Source of the DNA: Candidatus Bathyarchaeia archaeon
GTDB taxonomy: Archaea > Thermoproteota > Bathyarchaeia > Bathyarchaeales > Bathycorpusculaceae
DNA: 64,000 nucleotides
Reading direction: 5' to 3'
Assembly (NCBI GenBank): GCA_050015395.1
Contig: JBEKBM010000003.1
Location: 64,001 to 128,000, forward strand
Shown here in pieces: positions 55,710 through 64,000 of this stretch. A program made the translations under genes and the position numbers. The notes beneath the pieces are model-generated. The model was not told the DNA's origin. It saw nothing but the letters and a program-made list of their open reading frames with translations, and did not search any database. The number at the start of each line of letters is the position of its first letter. Within the stretch, counting starts at the first letter, position 1.

Positions 55710-56120
55710 TTCAGTAAAAGTTCTCAAGGGAAAAGGTCATGTAAACTTTTAAGGGATTTACTCTATCGGGGTTAAAGTTCGTCCGCACGACGAACATGTT
55801 TGGAAACCTATAGCCGATACTAATGCCGAAATAGTGTATTGCTCAAGTAGTGAAAGCTGTCGTACTTTTCTCGATTGGGCAGTAAGCACCAGACCTAATA
55901 AGGCAACCCAAACGGCTAAGCAAAAGCTCCCGGCTTTAGGGTATACTTTTTGATAGGAAAATTCGTCAACAAAATTGACCCTCCTCCCCCTCTTTTTAGA
56001 CCAAGTTCTCATAGCCAAAAAGAGAAGCTCCAGCAGGAAATATCAGCCAAAAACCGTTTTTTCAGGCACAGCTATAAAAGAGGGAAAAACAACATTGCTT
56101 AACATTAAAAGCTGGATAAA

Positions 56121-56466
56121 CATGACTCAACCCCCAAACGAACAAAACAACAATACCCAATCAGCACCCCAAATAGAGAAACTTTTAATCGATGATCCCT
56201 CACACTTCCAGTTCCACGCAGCATACCTTGTTTACTCCGAAACGTTTGACAAGGTAACTGATGCTCAAGCAAAAAAGGAACTGAACCAGAACCTTGAAGA
56301 TTTAAAAGCAAACAAAATAGACTACGAAACATTTTACCTAAACATTTCACATTACAGAAAATTAGACATCCCCCGCCAAGAAAGGTTCTCTATGCAGACT
56401 CAGCGAAAGAAGGATTGGCGCAAGAAAACACAAAGGCAAGAAAGAATAAAAAGACACAAAAAATAA
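56121..56466 (+). CDS. Hypothetical protein with a basic C-terminus
   Basis: ORF starting MTQPPNEQ; coding-like composition. Confidence 0.65.
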
Positions 56467-56838
56467 ATCAGTTTAAAACTCTTTAATTTTAATTTCCCAA
56501 TATTGTTGGATATTTTGGTAAATAAGATTAGGTTTTAGGGCAAGTACAATGCCTGCCGCAATCACCCCGAAACCTTACGGTTTAAAGATTGTAAAGAACA
56601 ATTGTACTATGATTTGGTGAGCAAGTGCAGGAAATGGCTGAGCGAGGCTACAGCACAGTACTAACTGCTACCAAGCAGTCATCCATATTTGTGCAAGGAA
56701 CGAGTACCCGCATGACCGTGCTAACAAATGAAACGTCAATTAACTAACAAAGCGGAAATATGATTCAAACCTTTCTCCATTAAGAGTCATTTATGCGAGT
56801 CGATGCTAATTTGAAGATTCTGAGAAGATAGTTGACCG

Positions 56839-56858
56839 TGTTTAAACATGTTTAAACA
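56839..56858. promoter_or_regulatory. Perfect 20-bp palindrome (TGTTTAAACA)x2 upstream of the CoA operon
   Basis: Read directly; ~75 nt upstream of the ATG at 56932. Confidence 0.55.
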
Positions 56859-56931
56859 GTTCATAGGGAAGTTTTATCTATAAAGCCTATATTTCAACAT
56901 GTTTATAACCTGAAAAATGGAGCAAAATTGA

Positions 56932-57705
56932 ATGCCCAGATTTAGAGCCTTTGATGTTGCCATCATTGCCTTATGTGCGGCCGTGTATGCAGTTATTGGT
57001 TACCTTACAAGTTTCGGTTTAAGCTTTGGCGGAGTTGCTTTTTGGCCTGCGGCATTTGTGCCTGCTATTTTCGCTGTTTTGTTTGGACCTTGGGAAGGCG
57101 GCATTGGAGCTGCGATCGGAATATTCATCCGAGACATTATAGTTATTGGACAGCCTTTACTGAGTTTAACCGTGGGAGTTCCTGCAAATTTTGTGGCGTT
57201 TTTCCTGATAGGCTATTTTGCGCACACAAAGCTTGACAGAAAGAAAACTTTGCTCAGCTTAATCATCGGTATTGGGGTTATTCTTGCGGGCCTTTTGTTG
57301 CCAACCGTGTTTCTTTCAAGTTTATCTGCGGGTTATACCGGATTGTCAACCGAAACCGTCGTTATCCTTTTCAGTGTCGTCATGGCGGTATCCTTAATTC
57401 TGTTTGTAGCTATCGCAAAATATTGGAAGGAATTCAGAAGTTTTGGGGTAGGCTCAATTACTGGAATGGCGGTCGGTGCTATGATAATAGCATTTGGGGT
57501 TTGGGCGTATAGTCAACTGCTCTATGCGCCACATGGGTATTTTACAGCGCCGTTATCAGCGTCTTTGGCGTCGCTTGTCTTCGTTTGGACGTTCGTAACT
57601 GAAATACCCTTTGTGCTTCTGGTCTCGCCTCCCGTTATAAAAGCGTGTCAAGCCGCATTCCCATTTATTAGACAACGCCAAGAAACCAAAGAGAAGGCGA
57701 AATAA
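56932..57705 (+). CDS. ECF-type S-component-like membrane protein (possible pantothenate/pantoate uptake)
   Basis: CAAVYA, AVLFGPWEGGIGAAIG; first gene of the pantoate kinase-PPAT operon. Confidence 0.75.
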   Translation: MPRFRAFDVAIIALCAAVYAVIGYLTSFGLSFGGVAFWPAAFVPAIFAVLFGPWEGGIGAAIGIFIRDIIVIGQPLLSLTVGVPANFVAFFLIGYFAHTKLDRKKTLLSLIIGIGVILAGLLLPTVFLSSLSAGYTGLSTETVVILFSVVMAVSLILFVAIAKYWKEFRSFGVGSITGMAVGAMIIAFGVWAYSQLLYAPHGYFTAPLSASLASLVFVWTFVTEIPFVLLVSPPVIKACQAAFPFIRQRQETKEKAK

Positions 57706-58659
57706 TTGTCTCTAAAAACCGCAAAAGCTTTTGCTCCAGCGGCAATTTCCAGCTTCTTTGAAATCCACGACACCGAAGGCAATAAGCCGATTATTGATTT
57801 GGAAAAAGTGGGCGCCAGAGGCGGAGGATTTGGCCTTCAAAAAGGCGTCCTGACCAAAGTAACCATCAGAGAAGCAGATAAAAGCAGTAGCATCAATGTT
57901 TTCATCAACTCCAAGCCTGCCTTAGAAGCAAAAACAACAAGGAAAGTAATCGAAATTCTTCTGCGCGAAAAAAACGCAAAATACGATGTTACAGTTGAAC
58001 ATCAAATTGAAGTTCCTATCGGAACAGGGTTTGGAACAAGCGCAGGCGGAGCATTAACAACAGGGTTAGCGCTTAAAGAAGCACTAGATTTACCACTAAC
58101 CTACAACCAAATAGGCAAAATCGCGCATGTTGCAGAGATCGAATGCCAAACAGGCTTAGGTACAGTAAGCTCCTTAACATTCACTGGCGGCTGCGTACTA
58201 GTTGTGGAACCAGGAGCGCCAGGTATTTGCCAAATCGACCGCATACCAATAACATCCGACTACATGGTTGTAGCAGGATTTTTCAAATCAAACATCCCCA
58301 AAAAAACAGTACTCACAGACCCTGAAAAAAAGCAGGTGATTAACCGCTACGGCAAGAAAACCTTAGAGGCAATTCTTGCTGAGCCCAGCTTAGAGAATTT
58401 TCTAGATTGCTGCTGGAAGTTTTCTGAAAAAACAGGCTTAGCAACAGAGAACGTTCGACAACTAGTTAAATTGGCAAAGAAGGCTGGTGCAGTCGGTGCA
58501 GCGCAAAACATGATCGGCGAAGCAGTGCACGCGTTGGTGCTTAAAGAAAATGCTAATCAGGTGGCAGAAGCTTTTAAGCAGGTTTTGCCCTCTGAAAAAA
58601 TAATAGTGAGCAAAATTGATTTTCAAGGCGCTAGGCTGGTAGGGCATGAAAAAATATGA
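57706..58659 (+). CDS. Pantoate kinase (GHMP family)
   Basis: AFAPAAISSFF, PIGTGFGTSAG, AHVAEI...TGLG, QNMIGE. Confidence 0.88.
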   Translation: MSLKTAKAFAPAAISSFFEIHDTEGNKPIIDLEKVGARGGGFGLQKGVLTKVTIREADKSSSINVFINSKPALEAKTTRKVIEILLREKNAKYDVTVEHQIEVPIGTGFGTSAGGALTTGLALKEALDLPLTYNQIGKIAHVAEIECQTGLGTVSSLTFTGGCVLVVEPGAPGICQIDRIPITSDYMVVAGFFKSNIPKKTVLTDPEKKQVINRYGKKTLEAILAEPSLENFLDCCWKFSEKTGLATENVRQLVKLAKKAGAVGAAQNMIGEAVHALVLKENANQVAEAFKQVLPSEKIIVSKIDFQGARLVGHEKI

Positions 58660-59131
58660 GAAAGTAGCAGTTGGCGGAACATTTGACAAACTTCATAGAG
58701 GACACAAAGCCCTACTAAGTAAAGCTTTTGAAATTGGCGAAAAAGTTGTAATCGGTTTATCCTCCGACGAATTTGCCTCAAAAATGGGTAAACCGCACAA
58801 AACTGCATCTTACGCCAAGAGGCTAAAGGAATTAGAAGCTTTCTTGGAAAAAAATGGCTTAGCTAAAAGAGCGGAAATAGTTCCACTAAATGATCCTTAT
58901 GGTCTCACTATATCTGGCAAGGACTTAGACGCTTTGGTTGTTAGTAAAGAAACAGAATCGATAACTGATAAAATAAACAAAATCCGAGTTGAAGCAGGGC
59001 TTCCACCATTAAAAATTATATCAATAAGCATGGTTCCAGCGGAAAACTGCAACCCAATCTCCACCACACGGATTAGAAGCGGAGAAATCGACCGAAACGG
59101 TCACTTGCTCAGGAGCACACAAAAAAAGTAA
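58646..59131 (+). CDS. coaD: Phosphopantetheine adenylyltransferase, archaeal/eukaryotic type
   Basis: VGGTFDKLHRGH, DPYG, VVSKET, ISTTRIR. Confidence 0.92.
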   Translation: MKKYEKVAVGGTFDKLHRGHKALLSKAFEIGEKVVIGLSSDEFASKMGKPHKTASYAKRLKELEAFLEKNGLAKRAEIVPLNDPYGLTISGKDLDALVVSKETESITDKINKIRVEAGLPPLKIISISMVPAENCNPISTTRIRSGEIDRNGHLLRSTQKK

Positions 59132-59142
59132 TTGCTTACTTG

Positions 59143-60072
59143 CTATAATATTTCTCCTACAACATTAATTGGTTTACTAATTAACGACGTTAAATCCTCA
59201 AGGTTCTCTTTGCCCACAGTTACCAGAACAACCGTGGCTGGACCAGCAGACTTGTTCAAATCCAACCCTTTCACCTCAGCAAGCTTCAATTGCCTACCAA
59301 CGCCATACGCCATCATCCTAGCCGCATCTGCAATGCCGAAAGTGCCTACAGCTACAATGTCATGGACATATTTTTTCTGAGAAAGTTGAGTTACATTTTT
59401 GAGGTCAGCAATTTCTCCTTTAGCTTCTGCCAAAATCACTTCATCACCAACCTTAGGCTTGCCAACGGCAACTATTAAGTCGCCAGGGCTTGTTTTTCCA
59501 AGCCTTAACTCGTCTTCGTTTGCAAAACCAATTACCGTTAAGCCAGCGCCAGTTTGCACTGTTTCAAAGTTGTCCTCCGTATTTTCCATGATTACCTGGT
59601 TTGGGTCAAGACCGAGGGTTCTGGCTTCTCGTCGAATGCCTTCTAATATCTCGTTGCCTGTTGGTTCCTTCTCTACGCCTAACGTGACTGATAAGAGAAG
59701 AGGAAACGCGCCTGTCGCTATCACATCCATTAAGGCAACCCTTGCCAGAAACTTTCCCAACACACGCCCATCAACTTTGACTTTATCCATTATTTTTGGA
59801 CCAACCGCTCCGGACGAGGTTGAACCTGCCACTATAGCGTGGCCTGTGGGTACTTTCAGGATTGAAACGTCTCCTCTTCGTGTATAAGTTATCTGTGCAG
59901 GCTTCACTTGAAAAACTATGGGACGCAACATTGTGCCAACGTTCTCTACAAGATGCAAGTAAACAGTTAATGCTTGGCGCATGACCTCTGATCGGCTGAG
60001 ACTGTGCTTTTTAGCCAGTTTATCTATGTCTGAAACAACTTTATCGGGTAAGCGAACATTTACGATATCCAT
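59143..60072 (-). CDS. RHH domain fused to an alpha-ribazole kinase (CblS)-like PurM-fold domain
   Basis: VNVRLPD...SRSEVMRQAL; GPKxxD, ARVALMDVIATGA, TEDNFETVQTG, KSAGPAT. Confidence 0.8.
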   Translation of the reverse strand: MDIVNVRLPDKVVSDIDKLAKKHSLSRSEVMRQALTVYLHLVENVGTMLRPIVFQVKPAQITYTRRGDVSILKVPTGHAIVAGSTSSGAVGPKIMDKVKVDGRVLGKFLARVALMDVIATGAFPLLLSVTLGVEKEPTGNEILEGIRREARTLGLDPNQVIMENTEDNFETVQTGAGLTVIGFANEDELRLGKTSPGDLIVAVGKPKVGDEVILAEAKGEIADLKNVTQLSQKKYVHDIVAVGTFGIADAARMMAYGVGRQLKLAEVKGLDLNKSAGPATVVLVTVGKENLEDLTSLISKPINVVGEIL

Positions 60073-60258
60073 CTTTTAACCTCCTGTATTACAATAGTTA
60101 CGCAGTTAATCTTATTTTTTACCATGGAAGAGACCAATTCCAGCTATAAGTGGCATCTGCATTGAGTCGTATGATTAATTAAGTATAACTAATTCTAAAA
60201 AAAATTTTGTTTTAAGGAATTTAGCGCAAATGTTATATGCATCATATGATATCAAAAA

Positions 60259-61227
60259 TTGAGGAATAAAGAATTGAACAAGAAAATACTCACTTTAAGT
60301 CTCATTTTAATATTAGCAATAATGTGCATATCTTCAATGGCAATATTCACTGTTAAGGCTCAAGCGAGTAGCGGCTGGATAACCAGCTACCAAGTCTATG
60401 ATTACAACACAAAGCAACTTCTTATCTCATACGATTCTACCACAGGCCAATTCGAAAACCTCTCCACTGTGTTGCCTAACCAAGCCATTTACGTAACATT
60501 CACGGTCAACGTTTTCACGGCAGGCTCAGGCGATCTTACCCTTCAAACCAGTATGCAAAGGCTTCTATCAGGCGAAATTTGGGCTCTCAACACTCAAAAC
60601 TACACTTTAGGCTCTGAATTCAATCCTAACGCAAACCCAGCACAGTTCACTTGGCTCCAAGGAACTTTCAGTATGACGGTTTACGGCACAGTGCCAAATG
60701 AAGGCTCTCAGGGGCAAGTGTCAGTTAACCTTGTTTCTCTGCTGGGTCCATCCGGCAGCACTCTTCAGCAAATAACAGTATCAGCAACCAGCTCAGCGAT
60801 GGCAACCTTCGAAACACTTTACAACAACAAAGAGGCGAATCTGAAATCGCTTATTTCCTCTGGAGTTGATTCCGGATACACCTCTCTGTTAAGTACCATT
60901 TTGACCCAAGCCCAAGCAGAAGCTGCCGCGGGAGACACCACTGGTGCAACCAACCTACTTAACGCGATCAACACCTCCAATGCGCCCGCAGGCGCCACCA
61001 TGCAAGCATTGTTCCTTCCGCTTATCGTTGTCGTAGCGGTTGTAGCGGTTGTGTTCGCGTTTATGTTCATGAGAATAAGAGGCAGAGTCAGCTATATGCA
61101 GCTCGTCGTTGAAGACCAAATCAAGGACTTAGAAGGCTTAACGTTGAGAGCTTCAAAGATTGATAGAACAATGTCGTCAAATTTGGAGTCGGTTAAGGAT
61201 AGACTGAAAAGATTAGTCGGGATGTGA
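60259..61227 (+). CDS. Secreted single-pass membrane protein with a cytoplasmic coiled-coil tail
   Basis: Signal peptide, Ser/Thr/Asn-rich beta domain, helical segment, TM, ~50-aa heptad tail. Confidence 0.85.
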   Translation: MRNKELNKKILTLSLILILAIMCISSMAIFTVKAQASSGWITSYQVYDYNTKQLLISYDSTTGQFENLSTVLPNQAIYVTFTVNVFTAGSGDLTLQTSMQRLLSGEIWALNTQNYTLGSEFNPNANPAQFTWLQGTFSMTVYGTVPNEGSQGQVSVNLVSLLGPSGSTLQQITVSATSSAMATFETLYNNKEANLKSLISSGVDSGYTSLLSTILTQAQAEAAAGDTTGATNLLNAINTSNAPAGATMQALFLPLIVVVAVVAVVFAFMFMRIRGRVSYMQLVVEDQIKDLEGLTLRASKIDRTMSSNLESVKDRLKRLVGM

Positions 61228-61233
61228 TAACCT

Positions 61234-63921
61234 ACGAGAATCTACCAAAACAGTGTACAATTGATAGGGCTCGGTTCGGCTGGAACTAACATTGTAGAAA
61301 CTTTTTTATCAAGCCAAAAAACTAAGGAGCTGATGGAGAATGACCTTACAAGGCTTTCTCTTTTAGCAATCGACATCGCTGACCCTGAAATCAGAAGTTT
61401 ACAGGAAACCAATGAACAAATACAGAAGTCGATGGTAAAGGCAGGTATCCCAAGCGAAAGAATGCGCCTGATCGCCCAGTCAGTAAAATTCCCAACTGCC
61501 GAGGCAATGTTTGATTTCATCAACCAAAAATACAACGAATACCTTGTAGGCGAAGGGGCAAAACTTAAAAACTTTATTCCTTGGCTACAATCAACAATGG
61601 CTATTCCACCGATGGCTGGCGGCGCAGGCAGAAGAAGAGCCTTAGCAAAAGCAATCTACGCCCTAAACTATTATCAACTTGGAATAATCAAAAACTGCAT
61701 AAACTCATTCAAAGAGCAAGCCCTTTCATCAATAATTACGCCGACAGTGGTTTTGATTTATGGATTAGGCGGTGGCACGGGAAGCGGTATATTCTTTGAT
61801 TTCGCTAGGCACTTGCGAAAAGTTTTAGGCTCCGGTGTACCGATCATAGCCTTTGTTATAACTCCTTGTGGTGGAGATGATCCGCCGGCAAAAGGATGCT
61901 CCGCATTTGTGTCAATGAATGAGCTTTCGCTGTTGTTGAATAAGGATTACAATGACTTTGTCATCCAAACCTACGGTGAATACTATAGAAATCCTTTGAA
62001 TGCTCTAATCTACTTGCCACTATTACCTGCTTTCTCAAAAGTAGGCAACATTGTTAATGCCCGAAAAGAACTGGACGACATGGTTGTGGACATGCTTTAC
62101 ACCTTAATGGACTTTGACTTGGCAGACCTTCTAGGTGGAATCGGCACAGAAGTCGGACTCACCACCAATTCAGCGCACACGTTGGGTATGGTTAAGGTAG
62201 TCTATCCTGTTGAAGAATACATCTCAGCTTATAAGTTGAATTTCGAAGGACTTGAACTTCTACAGGAGCTGAGAAAAGAAAAACTAGATGTCCTCGATGA
62301 AATCGGCAACATCGTAAATGTGGATTATGAAGTAACAAGGGACCTTTTCAAGAATTATCTTGTAAAAACAGGCACTTTTAACGAAGAGCAGTTCGAGGAA
62401 AAACTTGCGACAATCATTAACAGCAATCCACGGCTTGAAGATGACTTAGAATTACATGTTAAAAGCATCGAAATACAGGTTAAAAACTGGTTAAGCGAAA
62501 TCATGAAGTTCCTGTCAACCATAAAGTTAATGGGAAAAACAGGGCCAATCGAAGACGCCATAATAAACCTAACATTGCGCAAAGATGGCTCAAGAAAATT
62601 AGATAATATAGAAGCCTTACTTACCACCCTAACAAAAACACATTTAGAATTCTCTGAAAGAAAGGCAATTATTTTAGATCGGCTTAAACAGTTGATTCCT
62701 AGCTCGCAAGTCTTTACCTTAAGGCAAAAGAAGATTTTGGAGGATTTAGTAAATCTAGCAGAGCTTGCTGAAAAATCCCTCAACATCCTGAAATTCTATG
62801 ACGCAACAAGATACCTAACTGACGCTTTAATAAGGTACTATGAGGTGCTTCCAGAAAGCCAACGCGAACTAGAAGACTTAAAAGACATTCAATCAGAACT
62901 GGCAACAATCTACCTTGTAGTTCAGATGATTCTTAGAACGCCACAAGACGAGTCAAGAATGATCGATGAACACTTAACATACATTAACGAAATAATGGCA
63001 AACCGCATGCAAAAAAGGGGCAATTTCGAAAACGAAGTCATGAGAGTGCAAGAGACAAAGAAACGAAAAGAATTTGATAAGTCAAGATTGGAGATGCAGC
63101 TAAGAAAACTTTTCAACACAAAACGTTATGCTAGAGAACAGCTTTTGGAGCTTGAGCGGGACCTGAAGAGGATAGAGGAAGAAGAATCTTATGCGCTTGA
63201 TAACCTGAACAAAGTTGACAGCACAATTAAACTTTACGAAAAATTAGCAAGGAGATTTGAACTTACGGCTGATTACCGGAAGAGACTAAATAAGATCGTA
63301 GATTTACACAGGGAATATAAAGAAAAGATTGCTGACATTGTCGCGCCTAAGAAATACTATGTGAAGTCAGCTGACCTCACTGAAAGCGAACAACTTAAGA
63401 TAATCTTCAAGATACTCACTGAACAGGAAGAGAGCCTTACAACTGACGTAATATTCAAAGACATACTTGACAAGGACCACTTTAAGGATTACATGAAAAG
63501 TGTAATTAGGACTTTCAAAACGCCAAGCGTCATGGGCTATAAACCAGTTTACAAAACAGATTACCTTTGGGTTACCGTACAAGCACCTCCAAGCCTGTGG
63601 ACAGAAGAAATGTCTCAAGAGATTTACGTTGCATTAGCAGGCTACGTTACCAGCGAAGTGTCAAGAACAATTACCGTTCGTGTAATTGACTCTCGTGATC
63701 CATGGGAAACAAGAGTACTGGTTCTAGGCGGTAGAGGAAAACCTGAAGACATGGAAGCCTACGACGAAATGCAACTACTTTACAACAAATCTAGTGATTT
63801 CGAAAGGCACCTATCCAGATCTTACCTGCTTGAGCACGGAGTTTCCGCTACCGAAATCATTAAAGAAATAAATAACAACAGCAATCACAGCAACAGCAAT
63901 AGCGATCAAAACAAAAAGTAA
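61234..63921 (+). CDS. FtsZ/tubulin-superfamily GTPase with a large helical/coiled-coil insertion; probable ACG start at 61234 (TTG at 61261 is the alternative)
   Basis: IGLGSAGTNI, AID, GGAGRRR, GLGGGTGSG signature, T7-like DFDLADL. Confidence 0.9.
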   Translation, partial: TRIYQNSVQLIGLGSAGTNIVETFLSSQKTKELMENDLTRLSLLAIDIADPEIRSLQETNEQIQKSMVKAGIPSERMRLIAQSVKFPTAEAMFDFINQKYNEYLVGEGAKLKNFIPWLQSTMAIPPMAGGAGRRRALAKAIYALNYYQLGIIKNCINSFKEQALSSIITPTVVLIYGLGGGTGSGIFFDFARHLRKVLGSGVPIIAFVITPCGGDDPPAKGCSAFVSMNELSLLLNKDYNDFVIQTYGEYYRNPLNALIYLPLLPAFSKVGNIVNARKELDDMVVDMLYTLMDFDLADLLGGIGTEVGLTTNSAHTLGMVKVVYPVEEYISAYKLNFEGLELLQELRKEKLDVLDEIGNIVNVDYEVTRDLFKNYLVKTGTFNEEQFEEKLATIINSNPRLEDDLELHVKSIEIQVKNWLSEIMKFLSTIKLMGKTGPIEDAIINLTLRKDGSRKLDNIEALLTTLTKTHLEFSERKAIILDRLKQLIPSSQVFTLRQKKILEDLVNLAELAEKSLNILKFYDATRYLTDALIRYYEVLPESQRELEDLKDIQSELATIYLVVQMILRTPQDESRMIDEHLTYINEIMANRMQKRGNFENEVMRVQETKKRKEFDKSRLEMQLRKLFNTKRYAREQLLELERDLKRIEEEESYALDNLNKVDSTIKLYEKLARRFELTADYRKRLNKIVDLHREYKEKIADIVAPKKYYVKSADLTESEQLKIIFKILTEQEESLTTDVIFKDILDKDHFKDYMKSVIRTFKTPSVMGYKPVYKTDYLWVTVQAPPSLWTEEMSQEIYVALAGYVTSEVSRTITVRVIDSRDPWETRVLVLGGRGKPEDMEAYDEMQLLYNKSSDFERHLSRSYLLEHGVSATEIIKEINNNSNHSNSNSDQNKK

Positions 63922-63936
63922 ACTTTAGGAAGGAGT

Positions 63937-64000
63937 TTACTGCTCCTTCTGCTCTTCCAAATTTTTCATTATGGTCTGCCAGTCTTCCTCTTTTATGAAA
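63937..64000 (-). CDS. 3' end of a gene entering from beyond the window (...FIKEEDWQTIMKNLEEQKEQ*)
   Basis: Open frame to TAA at 63937, convergent with the tubulin-like gene. Confidence 0.5.
   Translation of the reverse strand, partial: FIKEEDWQTIMKNLEEQKEQ

Noticed and set aside
55758-56018. 86-aa - strand ORF ending in CSSCG
   Set aside because: Half a zinc ribbon only and no credible start; possibly a remnant but unsupported.
56470-56830. Long intergenic region as a possible ncRNA
   Set aside because: No stable GC-rich structure, C/D boxes or known RNA motif could be supported.

Overview
Archaeal chromosomal window. Gene content (archaeal spc-type ribosomal cluster, hypFCD/E, DUF106-cmk, pantoate kinase-PPAT, C-terminal zinc-ribbon membrane proteins) suggests a TACK lineage, most plausibly Bathyarchaeia; this is an inference. 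All family calls come from motif recognition by eye, with no database search. The housekeeping backbone carries these accessory features: (1) Three tRNA loci (Leu-TAG, Thr-GGT and an intron-containing Leu-TAA) are each followed by 0.6-1.7 kb integrase-free cassettes (hicBA, vapBC, HEPN-MNT-wHTH, unknown ORFs) bounded by progressively decaying copies of the tRNA 3' half. (2) A defective head-tail provirus lies between secY and DUF106, with a divergent RHH pair, TerL, and a portal fused in frame to a GNAT domain. (3) An EVE-nuclease gene sits in the hyp cluster. The strongest novelty candidates are an ~890-aa FtsZ/tubulin-family GTPase with ~450 aa of helical/coiled-coil insert next to a membrane-anchor gene; a threonine-synthase-like pseudoenzyme (PLP Lys to Arg) fused to a PadR-like wHTH upstream of an ECF S-component with a palindromic operator; the tRNA-half cassette arrays; and several genes that appear to start at ACG or CTG.
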